DNA of 28,865 nt from a virus. Its lineage: Duplodnaviria; Caudoviricetes. Location: IMG/VR virus record IMGVR_UViG_3300032304_000770, positions 1-28,865 of that record; one strand, 5' to 3'. This document shows, in pieces, positions 14,959-22,475 of the stretch. Below the pieces are notes generated by a model that saw nothing but the letters and a program-made list of their open reading frames with translations, searched no databases and was not told the DNA's origin. Numbering within the stretch: position 1 is the stretch's first letter; every line of letters begins with the position of its first letter. The position numbers and the translations under genes were made by a program.

Positions 14959-16234
14959 AGAAATGATGCAAGCATTATCTAATGGTAAGTTGCCAGCATA
15001 TATCAAGAATTATGATGACTACATGGAAGGTGACTTCATTCAGTACTCTGGTCAGCTATGGGATCATAATGAAATTTATGCGGCCATGGATACGCTACTG
15101 AATGGTAACTGGGTAGTTGCTGGCGAGAAGGTAGCAATCTTTCAGAGTCAATTCAGCAAGAAGTTCAACGTCAGATTTTCACATATGGTGAACTCTGGTA
15201 GTTCTGCTAATCTTGTTCTACTAACTGCAGTCAAGAAGCATCTCGGTTGGCCAGACGACTCTGAAATTATTGTGTCTCCAGTAGGGTTTCCTACTACGAT
15301 TGCGCCGATTGTCCAGAATAACATGAAGCCAGTCTTCATTGATATCGAGATGGATACACTCAATTTTGATCTTGATCTGATCGAGGCAAAGATTACTAAG
15401 AGAACTAAGGCAATCTTCGTGTCTCCTGTGCTAGGTAATCCCCCTGATATGGATCGACTGAAGGAACTTTGTGAGAAGCACAATCTAGTCCTTCTAGGGG
15501 ATAACTGTGACTCGCTTGGTTCCAAGTGGGATGGTAAACTCATCACTGACTATTATTATGCATGGTCAACATCATTCTATCCTGCTCACCACATCTCTAC
15601 TGGTGAAGGTGGGATGGTCTGCACTAACGATAAAGATTTGATTACTCTTGCCAGAAGTGTCTCTTGGTGGGGACGAGATTGCTACTGTGTTGGGGCTAAC
15701 AATCTACTTCCATGTGGATCATGTGGTAAGCGATTTGACAACTGGCTAGATGGATATGATGGTATTATTGATCACAAGTACCTCTTCACTAATATGGGTT
15801 ATAATCTGAAGCCACTTGACCTTCAGGGTGCTATTGGTTCTGAACAATTGAAAAAGTTCGATATGCTGGAGTCAAAGCGTAGAGAATATAAGGAACGACT
15901 TGATGACATTATTACATCCTTTATTGATGATGTTAGGGTAATTCAACCATTACTATTATCTGATCCTAGTTGGTTTGGAGTTCCCATTCTATGTGAAACA
16001 CAAGAGCTTAAAGAATCACTTGTGGCCTATCTAGAAGAGAATAAGATTCAGACACGAAACTACTTCAGTGGAAATATTCTAATGCATCCCGGATATGCAC
16101 ACCTAGATGACTATAAGAACTATCCGAATGCAAACAAGGCATTGAGTCATGTCTTCTTCATTGGGTGTTCTCCACTATATAATAAAGATATCATCAGTTA
16201 CATCAGAAAGGTATTCATTAAGTGGAACACGTAA
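14948..16234 (+). CDS. rfbH: NDP-4-keto-6-deoxyglucose 3-dehydratase (RfbH/DdhC, DegT family)
   Basis: VNSGSSANL, DNCDSLGS, SFYPAHHISTGEGG with His in place of the PLP Lys, GRDCYC..CG Fe-S motif, DHKY. Confidence 0.88.
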   Translation: MTTEEMMQALSNGKLPAYIKNYDDYMEGDFIQYSGQLWDHNEIYAAMDTLLNGNWVVAGEKVAIFQSQFSKKFNVRFSHMVNSGSSANLVLLTAVKKHLGWPDDSEIIVSPVGFPTTIAPIVQNNMKPVFIDIEMDTLNFDLDLIEAKITKRTKAIFVSPVLGNPPDMDRLKELCEKHNLVLLGDNCDSLGSKWDGKLITDYYYAWSTSFYPAHHISTGEGGMVCTNDKDLITLARSVSWWGRDCYCVGANNLLPCGSCGKRFDNWLDGYDGIIDHKYLFTNMGYNLKPLDLQGAIGSEQLKKFDMLESKRREYKERLDDIITSFIDDVRVIQPLLLSDPSWFGVPILCETQELKESLVAYLEENKIQTRNYFSGNILMHPGYAHLDDYKNYPNANKALSHVFFIGCSPLYNKDIISYIRKVFIKWNT

Positions 16235-17031
16235 ACGTCTTTGGTGGGTCTGGGTTTATCGGTTCTCGATTTGTAGAACTGAACCTAGACTCAGTAGTCA
16301 ATTCTAGAAATGATTATGAAGTAAAGACTAAGAATGTTTTGTATCTAATTTCAACTGTGGATAACTACAACATTTTTACTGATCCATATCTAGACATCGA
16401 TACTAATCTTACTACACTGATCAAAGTTCTAGAGACATGTAAGGATAAAGATGTCACATTCAACTTCATAAGTTCGTGGTACGTTTATGGTAATATTGAA
16501 TCTCCAATGAAAGAGACTGACTATTGCTATCCAAATGGATTCTACGGAATCACCAAACGTGCTGCAGAGCAGATGTTGATTCATTATTGTGAGACATTTG
16601 GCATCAAGTATAGAATCCTAAGACTCTCTAATGTTCTAGGTGCAGGAGACAAGAAAGTCTCAAAGCGAAAGAATGTCCTTCAGTATATGGTGAATCAATT
16701 GAAGATCAATGAAGACGTTACCATCTTCAATGAAAAGATCAGTAGAGACTATCTTCATGTAGATGATGTAATCTCTGCAATTTCGTTGGTTCTAGAGCAT
16801 GGTGAACAGAATGAGATTTATAATATCGGTCGAGGGAAACCACACAGGTTGATAGATATCATATGTTTAGCTAAAGCTTCACTACATTCAACCAGTGAAA
16901 TTATCATAACAAATAAGCCTACTGGATTGACTATCGAGGAGTCCTATTTTGATATTACCAAACTGAAGTCGTTGGGATTCGTTCATAGAATTAGTATCAT
17001 GTCAATTATAAAAGAGTTAACGGAGACATAA
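16222..17031 (+). CDS. NAD-dependent epimerase/reductase (extended SDR)
   Basis: GGSGFIG, SS.YVYG, YGITK, RDYLHVDD. Confidence 0.88.
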   Translation: MEHVNVFGGSGFIGSRFVELNLDSVVNSRNDYEVKTKNVLYLISTVDNYNIFTDPYLDIDTNLTTLIKVLETCKDKDVTFNFISSWYVYGNIESPMKETDYCYPNGFYGITKRAAEQMLIHYCETFGIKYRILRLSNVLGAGDKKVSKRKNVLQYMVNQLKINEDVTIFNEKISRDYLHVDDVISAISLVLEHGEQNEIYNIGRGKPHRLIDIICLAKASLHSTSEIIITNKPTGLTIEESYFDITKLKSLGFVHRISIMSIIKELTET

Positions 17032-17032
17032 A

Positions 17033-17953
17033 ATGAAGATGTTAATTACTGGATGTGGTGGCTTTATCGGTTACCATGTTGCCAAATATTATCTTTCACT
17101 TGGAGTTGAAGTTCTTGGTCTAGATAGCCTCAAGCCTTCAGCAAACCTATCTTTACTTAAGGAATTGGACGAATATTCCCCGAAGTTCAAGCATCGTATT
17201 ACAGACTTAAATTATATCACTCCACATACGCTAGAAGATATTGATATGGTCATCAATCTGGCTGCTGAGACTCATGTGGATAGATCAATCGAGAATAATT
17301 TTCCATTCATCTATAGTAATGTAACCGGAGTCGATAATCTCCTTAGGTGCATTGTTAAGTCTCCATCCAAACCCGGATTGCTACATTTTAGTACAGATGA
17401 AGTGTATGGTGACTCTAGTACATTAGCCTATAACGAAGGTGATATGCTGAATCCAAGTAATCCATATAGTGCTACTAAGGCTGCAGCAGATATGCTCATC
17501 AAGGCTTATCATCATACCTTTGGATTGGATTATAACATCATTCGTCCAACTAATAATTATGGATTTGGTCAGGCTACCGAAAAGTTCATCCCTAGAACTA
17601 TCAAGAGTCTGAAAGATGGTTATAAGGTTCCACTCTATGACGGCGGACAAGCCAAGAGAAACTGGTTACACGTTTCTGATACTGTAGCTGCAGTTGATAC
17701 AATTATACTGAACTGGACTCCATCTAGAATCTATAACGTGGCTGGAGTTCATGAGTTCAAGAATATCGAAGTGGCTGGAAAAATTACAAAGGCTCTTGGA
17801 TTAAATGGAGAGTTGACAGAGTATTTTGATTATGATACTACTAGGTTAGGTCATGATATGAGGTATCATATCAATGATACTCGTCTACGTTCTCTTGGGT
17901 GGCAACCTAAGGCGGACTTTGATGAAGAACTGGAAAAATTATGTAGGGGTTAA
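17033..17953 (+). CDS. rmlB: dTDP-glucose 4,6-dehydratase
   Basis: TGCGGFIG, AAETHVDRSI, STDEVYG, PYSATKA, NNYG, GHDMRY. Confidence 0.9.
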   Translation: MKMLITGCGGFIGYHVAKYYLSLGVEVLGLDSLKPSANLSLLKELDEYSPKFKHRITDLNYITPHTLEDIDMVINLAAETHVDRSIENNFPFIYSNVTGVDNLLRCIVKSPSKPGLLHFSTDEVYGDSSTLAYNEGDMLNPSNPYSATKAAADMLIKAYHHTFGLDYNIIRPTNNYGFGQATEKFIPRTIKSLKDGYKVPLYDGGQAKRNWLHVSDTVAAVDTIILNWTPSRIYNVAGVHEFKNIEVAGKITKALGLNGELTEYFDYDTTRLGHDMRYHINDTRLRSLGWQPKADFDEELEKLCRG

Positions 17954-17957
17954 TATA

Positions 17958-18131
17958 ATGGATGAAATGGAAACAGTAGAATTTGAACTCGATACAGACC
18001 TCTCACTAGAGAAGTTACTCGATATGGGTCTCATCGAAAATTCTTTCGATGATGATGGCAATGAATTTTTCGCGATCACAAAGCTTGGTGAACAAATTGT
18101 GATGGAAGAACTGAGAAGGAGGATGAACTAA
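17958..18131 (+). CDS. small acidic hypothetical protein
   Basis: ATG 17958 just after the rmlB stop, coupled to the next ORF. Confidence 0.6.
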   Translation: MDEMETVEFELDTDLSLEKLLDMGLIENSFDDDGNEFFAITKLGEQIVMEELRRRMN

Positions 18132-18448
18132 TGCCTAATATGAAAATCGGTGATGTCATCACTGTTAGATTTACGGTAGACGGGTTTGCATTTGACGATA
18201 CCTGTGTAATATTGGCCAATGACGAAATGGCTGATATCCTCGATATTACCCTACCTATAGATTCCCCAACCATCGTTTCGATTGACTACGTACTTACACT
18301 AGAGAATTGCAATCGAGTGAGATTTCCGACTCCAATGGGATATGCCCTTGGAGTTACCAAATATATCGGACATGCGTATGTGATTGTGGTTGATGAGACA
18401 GGCGCTGAATATTCGTGCCATATATCGGATGTCATTCCTTGGGATTAA
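18131..18448 (+). CDS. hypothetical protein
   Basis: GGAGG RBS, stop-start overlap. Confidence 0.65.
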   Translation: MPNMKIGDVITVRFTVDGFAFDDTCVILANDEMADILDITLPIDSPTIVSIDYVLTLENCNRVRFPTPMGYALGVTKYIGHAYVIVVDETGAEYSCHISDVIPWD

Positions 18449-18463
18449 AATTAAAATAATCCG

Positions 18464-18491
18464 TTGACACGGTCCTTGGATATGTTATTAT
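18464..18491 (+). promoter_or_regulatory. sigma70-type early promoter
   Basis: TTGACA-16 nt-TATTAT with extended TG. Confidence 0.65.
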
Positions 18492-18524
18492 AACCACATC
18501 GAAACAAACACGAGGATTTACATC

Positions 18525-19259
18525 ATGACCAACAGTGAAAACACCAAGGCCATCAAGGCTAAGATTCGTGCTCTGGCCGCGAAGACCGTTGATAACGGTT
18601 GCACCGAAGCTGAAGCTCTTGCCGCCATGCAAATGGTTGGCAAGCTTCTGTCACAATATAATTTGTCCATGTCTGAGGTCGAAATGTCGGCTGAAGAAAT
18701 GATCCTCAAGACCATCCGCACTGGCTCCAAGCACTCTGGTGGTGTTTACTGGGCCGTCTATGGGATCGGTATGATCACCAATACGAAGCCGTTTATTCAA
18801 CGGAATAGTTCGGAAATTACCTATAACTTCTTCGGCCAAGAGACTGATGTTCTGATGGCTGAATACCTCTACCGGCTGATCGATGGTTCGATCAATCGTG
18901 AAGTTGTCACCTTCAAGAAGACCGAAATCTACAAGCGGGCCACCTCGGCTCGTGGTGCATCGTCCTCCTTCATTAAGGCTATGGGTATGCGTCTCGGCCA
19001 TCGTCTGATCCAGATGGCTCGTGAGGAAGAAGTCCAGATGAATAGCTCTGGCGGAAGGGAACTGATGATCATCAAGGGTCAACTGGTGACTCAAGAGTTT
19101 GCCAAGCTGAACTACAACCTGACGAGTAAGAAGGGAAATGCCGACATCAAGAATCAAAGTGCGGCTAACGCTGGCTATAATGCAGCGAATAGCGTCAACC
19201 TCTCTTCGAAGCCGGTTGGACAGAATTCTTCTTCAACCCTGATGATCGGGAGGGGCTAA
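18525..19259 (+). CDS. DUF2786-domain protein (early)
   Basis: KIRALAAKT..GCTEAEALAA...KLL.QYNLS N-terminus; FFG..DV..AEYLY. Confidence 0.75.
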   Translation: MTNSENTKAIKAKIRALAAKTVDNGCTEAEALAAMQMVGKLLSQYNLSMSEVEMSAEEMILKTIRTGSKHSGGVYWAVYGIGMITNTKPFIQRNSSEITYNFFGQETDVLMAEYLYRLIDGSINREVVTFKKTEIYKRATSARGASSSFIKAMGMRLGHRLIQMAREEEVQMNSSGGRELMIIKGQLVTQEFAKLNYNLTSKKGNADIKNQSAANAGYNAANSVNLSSKPVGQNSSSTLMIGRG

Positions 19260-19531
19260 TGTGGCTTAGCAGTGAATTTGATGTAACCATGGAATATCTA
19301 GAGGAGAAGTTCCCAGACGTGGACTTCTCCAATCTAGAACTATTGGATTTCTATGACGATAATGGAGAGCACTATACGTGCTCTCGTTATCTCTTCGAAG
19401 ATATTGATGGAAAGTTTTATGTCTATGAGGAATTCGATGAAGATTTCAGTGAGGCAGACAAATCTGGTCCAGATGTATTTGAACTAGAGGAAATCACTCT
19501 GGAACAATGGAATCCAACCATGATTTGGTAG
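19259..19531 (+). CDS. acidic hypothetical protein
   Basis: Stop-start overlap with the upstream gene. Confidence 0.65.
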   Translation: MWLSSEFDVTMEYLEEKFPDVDFSNLELLDFYDDNGEHYTCSRYLFEDIDGKFYVYEEFDEDFSEADKSGPDVFELEEITLEQWNPTMIW

Positions 19532-19583
19532 TTGACATCAGTCAGAGTTATGATAGTATACCTTATCAACTGATTAGGAGATT
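19529..19583 (+). promoter_or_regulatory. early promoter plus RBS cassette, copy 1
   Basis: TTGACA..TGnTAGTAT..AGGAG; 51/55 identical to 19863..19917. Confidence 0.8.
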
Positions 19584-19586
19584 ATT

Positions 19587-19865
19587 ATGGGTTGGATTAA
19601 CGACGAAATTGCAGAATCAAAGCTTTGCTACTCTAGTGATTTTAATTCATGTGGAGATACTCAGGTTAACGTGTCGGTGCAAAGGGCTGATTATCCCGGT
19701 CAGGGATATAAACTATATCGTGTCTCTGTATGGGGAGTTGATGATTTTGGTATGTTATTTGATACTCGATCTGCGGTACAAGCAAGTAAACTATATGAAC
19801 AACTTAAGAATGAACCCGATCTGAAAATTTCATATCTAAAAGAGCAAGGATTTACATATTTCTAG
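19587..19865 (+). CDS. hypothetical protein
   Basis: AGGAG RBS; VSVWGVDDFGM motif. Confidence 0.75.
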   Translation: MGWINDEIAESKLCYSSDFNSCGDTQVNVSVQRADYPGQGYKLYRVSVWGVDDFGMLFDTRSAVQASKLYEQLKNEPDLKISYLKEQGFTYF

Positions 19866-19917
19866 TTGACATCAATCTTAGTTATGATAGTATGCCTTAT
19901 CAACTGATTAGGAGATT
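19863..19917 (+). promoter_or_regulatory. early promoter plus RBS cassette, copy 2
   Basis: Direct repeat of 19529..19583. Confidence 0.8.
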
Positions 19918-19922
19918 TCATT

Positions 19923-20264
19923 ATGTCCACCAAGCTTGTTACTCGCGATACCATTGTCCAACTTCTCCAGAACGAGAAGATTAAGGGCGACGTGGTTGGT
20001 CGTGCACTTGTGGTCCTTCTGAAGCGCCAGACTCAAGAAGAGTCTGCTGTGAATGCTACGAAGGAAGAGAATGATCGTGGCTTTGCATCTAATGATGCTC
20101 GGCATGGTTCCATCTCGGCCAAGACTTACATTAAGTATGGTAAGCTCTTCGACAATCAGATTGAGTACTGGACCAAGACGATGTCTAACGGAATGCCTAG
20201 GATCGCAAAATATCACAGGCAGTTGAATGAAGCTGCTGTTCAGAAACAAAGGAAGGCTGCGTGA
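19923..20264 (+). CDS. hypothetical phage protein (RQTxEE, NxRGF, KYHRQL motifs)
   Basis: AGGAG RBS, own promoter. Confidence 0.8.
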   Translation: MSTKLVTRDTIVQLLQNEKIKGDVVGRALVVLLKRQTQEESAVNATKEENDRGFASNDARHGSISAKTYIKYGKLFDNQIEYWTKTMSNGMPRIAKYHRQLNEAAVQKQRKAA

Positions 20265-20281
20265 GTCTGGTGTAATCAAAG

Positions 20282-20289
20282 TATAAATA
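20282..20289 (+). promoter_or_regulatory. T4 late promoter for tmRNA
   Basis: TATAAATA. Confidence 0.65.
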
Positions 20290-20291
20290 TG

Positions 20292-20600
20292 GGTATTGGT
20301 TGTTTGATGTGGAGCCAAAGACTGTAAAGACCGGGGTGCGATCCCCCGCTCCTCCACCAAAATAATTTAGGCAGTAGGCAAGAAATTGAGAGGTGGACTT
20401 TGCCAGCCACAAACCTAAATTATTCTGATGGGGGAGACTTAGTTTCGATTTACGGTGAATAAGGGAAGCGTAGACTAATCGGGTGACAGCGTATATGTCG
20501 AACGTAGTAATTGCAAACGATAATGCATTCATGGAAACTCGCCTAGCGGCATAAGTTTCGGGGGTGGCCAACCGGCCTAGCAACAGAATCGGTTGGACTT
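20292..20600 (+). ncRNA. ssrA: permuted (two-piece) tmRNA; ends approximate
   Basis: Acceptor piece ends CTCCTCCACCA at 20359, before the GGGGGAG 5' piece at 20430; tag ORF 20513..20554 = ANDNAFMETRLAA*; terminal hairpin CCAACCGG/TCGGTTGG plus T-run. Confidence 0.92.
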
Positions 20601-20620
20601 TTTTTCACAGGAGAACTATA

Positions 20621-20932
20621 ATGAATATTAAACGAGAAGCACTAGACTATGCTCTAGAATATCTGAAGCTATCAGATGCAAGTTCTTGGACACCTACCGA
20701 CTTTTTCGAGAAGGTTGTTCCACAATTTGAGAATTATCTTAAGGATGAAACCAGTTCACATGGCTTTAAGCCAAATCGAATTTTCTATATTAATGATAAT
20801 GGAAGGTCTTCAGATGAAATGGAGGATTTCATGGAGGAATTTGTTGACGAAGTTCAAGACAGTCGAGATTCAGACAAGTATATTAACTGGGTCTTCCAAA
20901 CTAAAGGCGAAAGTAGAATTGAAATTCTCTAG
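20621..20932 (+). CDS. hypothetical protein
   Basis: AGGAG RBS before ATG 20621. Confidence 0.7.
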   Translation: MNIKREALDYALEYLKLSDASSWTPTDFFEKVVPQFENYLKDETSSHGFKPNRIFYINDNGRSSDEMEDFMEEFVDEVQDSRDSDKYINWVFQTKGESRIEIL

Positions 20933-20961
20933 TTGACACTCACCTAACTAGGTGATACTAT
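20933..20961 (+). promoter_or_regulatory. sigma70-type early promoter
   Basis: TTGACA-17 nt-TACTAT with extended TG. Confidence 0.7.
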
Positions 20962-20991
20962 TTGAAATACAAACAAATGGGATATTACATT

Positions 20992-21285
20992 ATGAAATTC
21001 AGTGATCTAACTTTCAACTCTCTAGACAAGAGGAGCTATGGGCTAAATGGGGTTTATACTAAAGTTTGGTTTCCTAATGGATATGGTGTATCCATCGTTC
21101 GACATAACTTCAGCTATGGTCACCGTAGCGGTCTTTATGAAATGGCTATCATCACTGGTAATGATGATAATTTCGAACTGAAATATGACACACCAATCAC
21201 AGATGATGTTCTAGGATATCTGACGGAAGCTGATGTCGAAGATTACATGGAACAGGTTTCCAAACTAGAGGAATTTAAACCATGA
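20992..21285 (+). CDS. hypothetical phage protein (FPNGYGVS..GLYE motif)
   Basis: ATG 20992; motif familiar from phage proteins. Confidence 0.75.
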   Translation: MKFSDLTFNSLDKRSYGLNGVYTKVWFPNGYGVSIVRHNFSYGHRSGLYEMAIITGNDDNFELKYDTPITDDVLGYLTEADVEDYMEQVSKLEEFKP

Positions 21286-21965
21286 AAGATTTCCGTCCCC
21301 AGTGGAAGGCTCTAGCTCGTGAATGTAAGGTAACAGTTGAGGATGTACTCTTTAACTGTATCCTTAGGGCTATGTACAATAGCCGATACGATGATGATTA
21401 TGGCGTAAGTAAGTTAAAGGTTGAACTAACAAAGTCTTTTGTGTATTCTCATCGAGTACACAATGAACCCTATATTGCGGTTCGTCTTGCTGCTGAACAT
21501 CTATATAGCCGAATTTTCGGTGCCTATGATTTTCAGGACAGGTTTACTAACAAGCATATCCATCTTCTAGACTACTTTGAGACTCAGGAAGAACTTGGAG
21601 ATTTTAAGTTTCTTCTGACTGGTCTCATGGGTCCAGAAAACCTTATGTCAAAGCAGTATGTATATTTCTTTGTTCGTCAAGACCTTTCGAAGGAACAAGT
21701 GGTAGTTCAGACTGCACATGCTGCATCTGTAATTGCTAGCAAAATTCCCGATAAAGATTGGACAAAGATTAGCTTTGTTGTTATTGGAGTTGCATCTGAA
21801 GAAGAACTTGCAGATGTGGTATTTGCTATTGAGCCTAGCATCGCGAATATTAAATTTCGTGAGCCGGATATCAAGAACCAAGTGACTGCAATTGCTACTT
21901 ATCCTATGAATGCAAACAATCCCAACAGAAAGTGGCTAAAAAGATACGAACTTCTCACTTTTTAG
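21282..21965 (+). CDS. protein with C-terminal peptidyl-tRNA hydrolase II (PTH2)-like domain
   Basis: YFFVRQDLS..QVVVQTAHAA, VVIGVASEEEL and FREPD.NQVTAIA match the PTH2-like pattern VRxDL..QxxHA. Confidence 0.7.
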   Translation: MKDFRPQWKALARECKVTVEDVLFNCILRAMYNSRYDDDYGVSKLKVELTKSFVYSHRVHNEPYIAVRLAAEHLYSRIFGAYDFQDRFTNKHIHLLDYFETQEELGDFKFLLTGLMGPENLMSKQYVYFFVRQDLSKEQVVVQTAHAASVIASKIPDKDWTKISFVVIGVASEEELADVVFAIEPSIANIKFREPDIKNQVTAIATYPMNANNPNRKWLKRYELLTF

Positions 21966-21996
21966 TTGACATAAGTTTGTAAATAGAGTATAAATA
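21966..21996 (+). promoter_or_regulatory. composite early/late promoter for the small-RNA array and TROVE-like gene
   Basis: TTGACA-17 nt-TATAAATA. Confidence 0.8.
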
Positions 21997-22005
21997 CTAC
22001 ACAAT

Positions 22006-22459
22006 TTGAATTGATACAGCAAACCATTAAAAACTTGGGACCGTAAGGTCAAGGTGGCTTCGATTTCCCACTTAAAAAAGAAGTAGAAATCAATTCAGTA
22101 CAATTTAGTTTTGGTTGAGTTCCGCAAACAATAAAACTTTCACTTAGAATGAAACGCAAGATCAACCAGTAAAATAATAGATTGAGTTCCGCAAACAAAA
22201 ATTGTATCGCAAACACAAGCCAAGATCAATCTGTAATATAATGGAGTAATGATGCCTAAGATTTTTTATGAACGCCAGAAGAACTGGCAAAAACTAAGGA
22301 AGATGCAACGCATCTGGAAGCATCAGTATGGTACTATGTACTCATGTCTCACTGATAACCACAGAACCATTCGTGATATCAGAAGCTTCAAATAACTAAC
22401 TTTGGTTGAGTTCCGCAAACTCAAAAAACACTCTCAAAATGTGCAAAAAGATCAACCAG
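22006..22459 (+). ncRNA. array of four related structured small RNA units (22006-22098, 22111-22169, 22178-22233, 22402-22459); candidate Y RNA-like partners
   Basis: Each unit has an 8-10 bp closing stem with compensatory differences between copies, the conserved GTTCCGCAAAC or TACAGCAAAC motif, and a variable internal hairpin. Confidence 0.75.
22249..22395 (+). CDS. small basic protein (48 aa) inside the RNA array; not in the ORF track
   Basis: GGAG RBS; MMPKIFYERQKNWQKLRKMQRIWKHQYGTMYSCLTDNHRTIRDIRSFK*; fills the gap between units 3 and 4. Confidence 0.55.
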   Translation: MMPKIFYERQKNWQKLRKMQRIWKHQYGTMYSCLTDNHRTIRDIRSFK

Positions 22460-22475
22460 TAAAAGGATTACTATT

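Noticed and set aside
22006-22459. CRISPR array interpretation of the repeats
   Set aside because: Units are self-closing stems with variable interiors, irregular spacing and an ORF between them; no cas genes in the window
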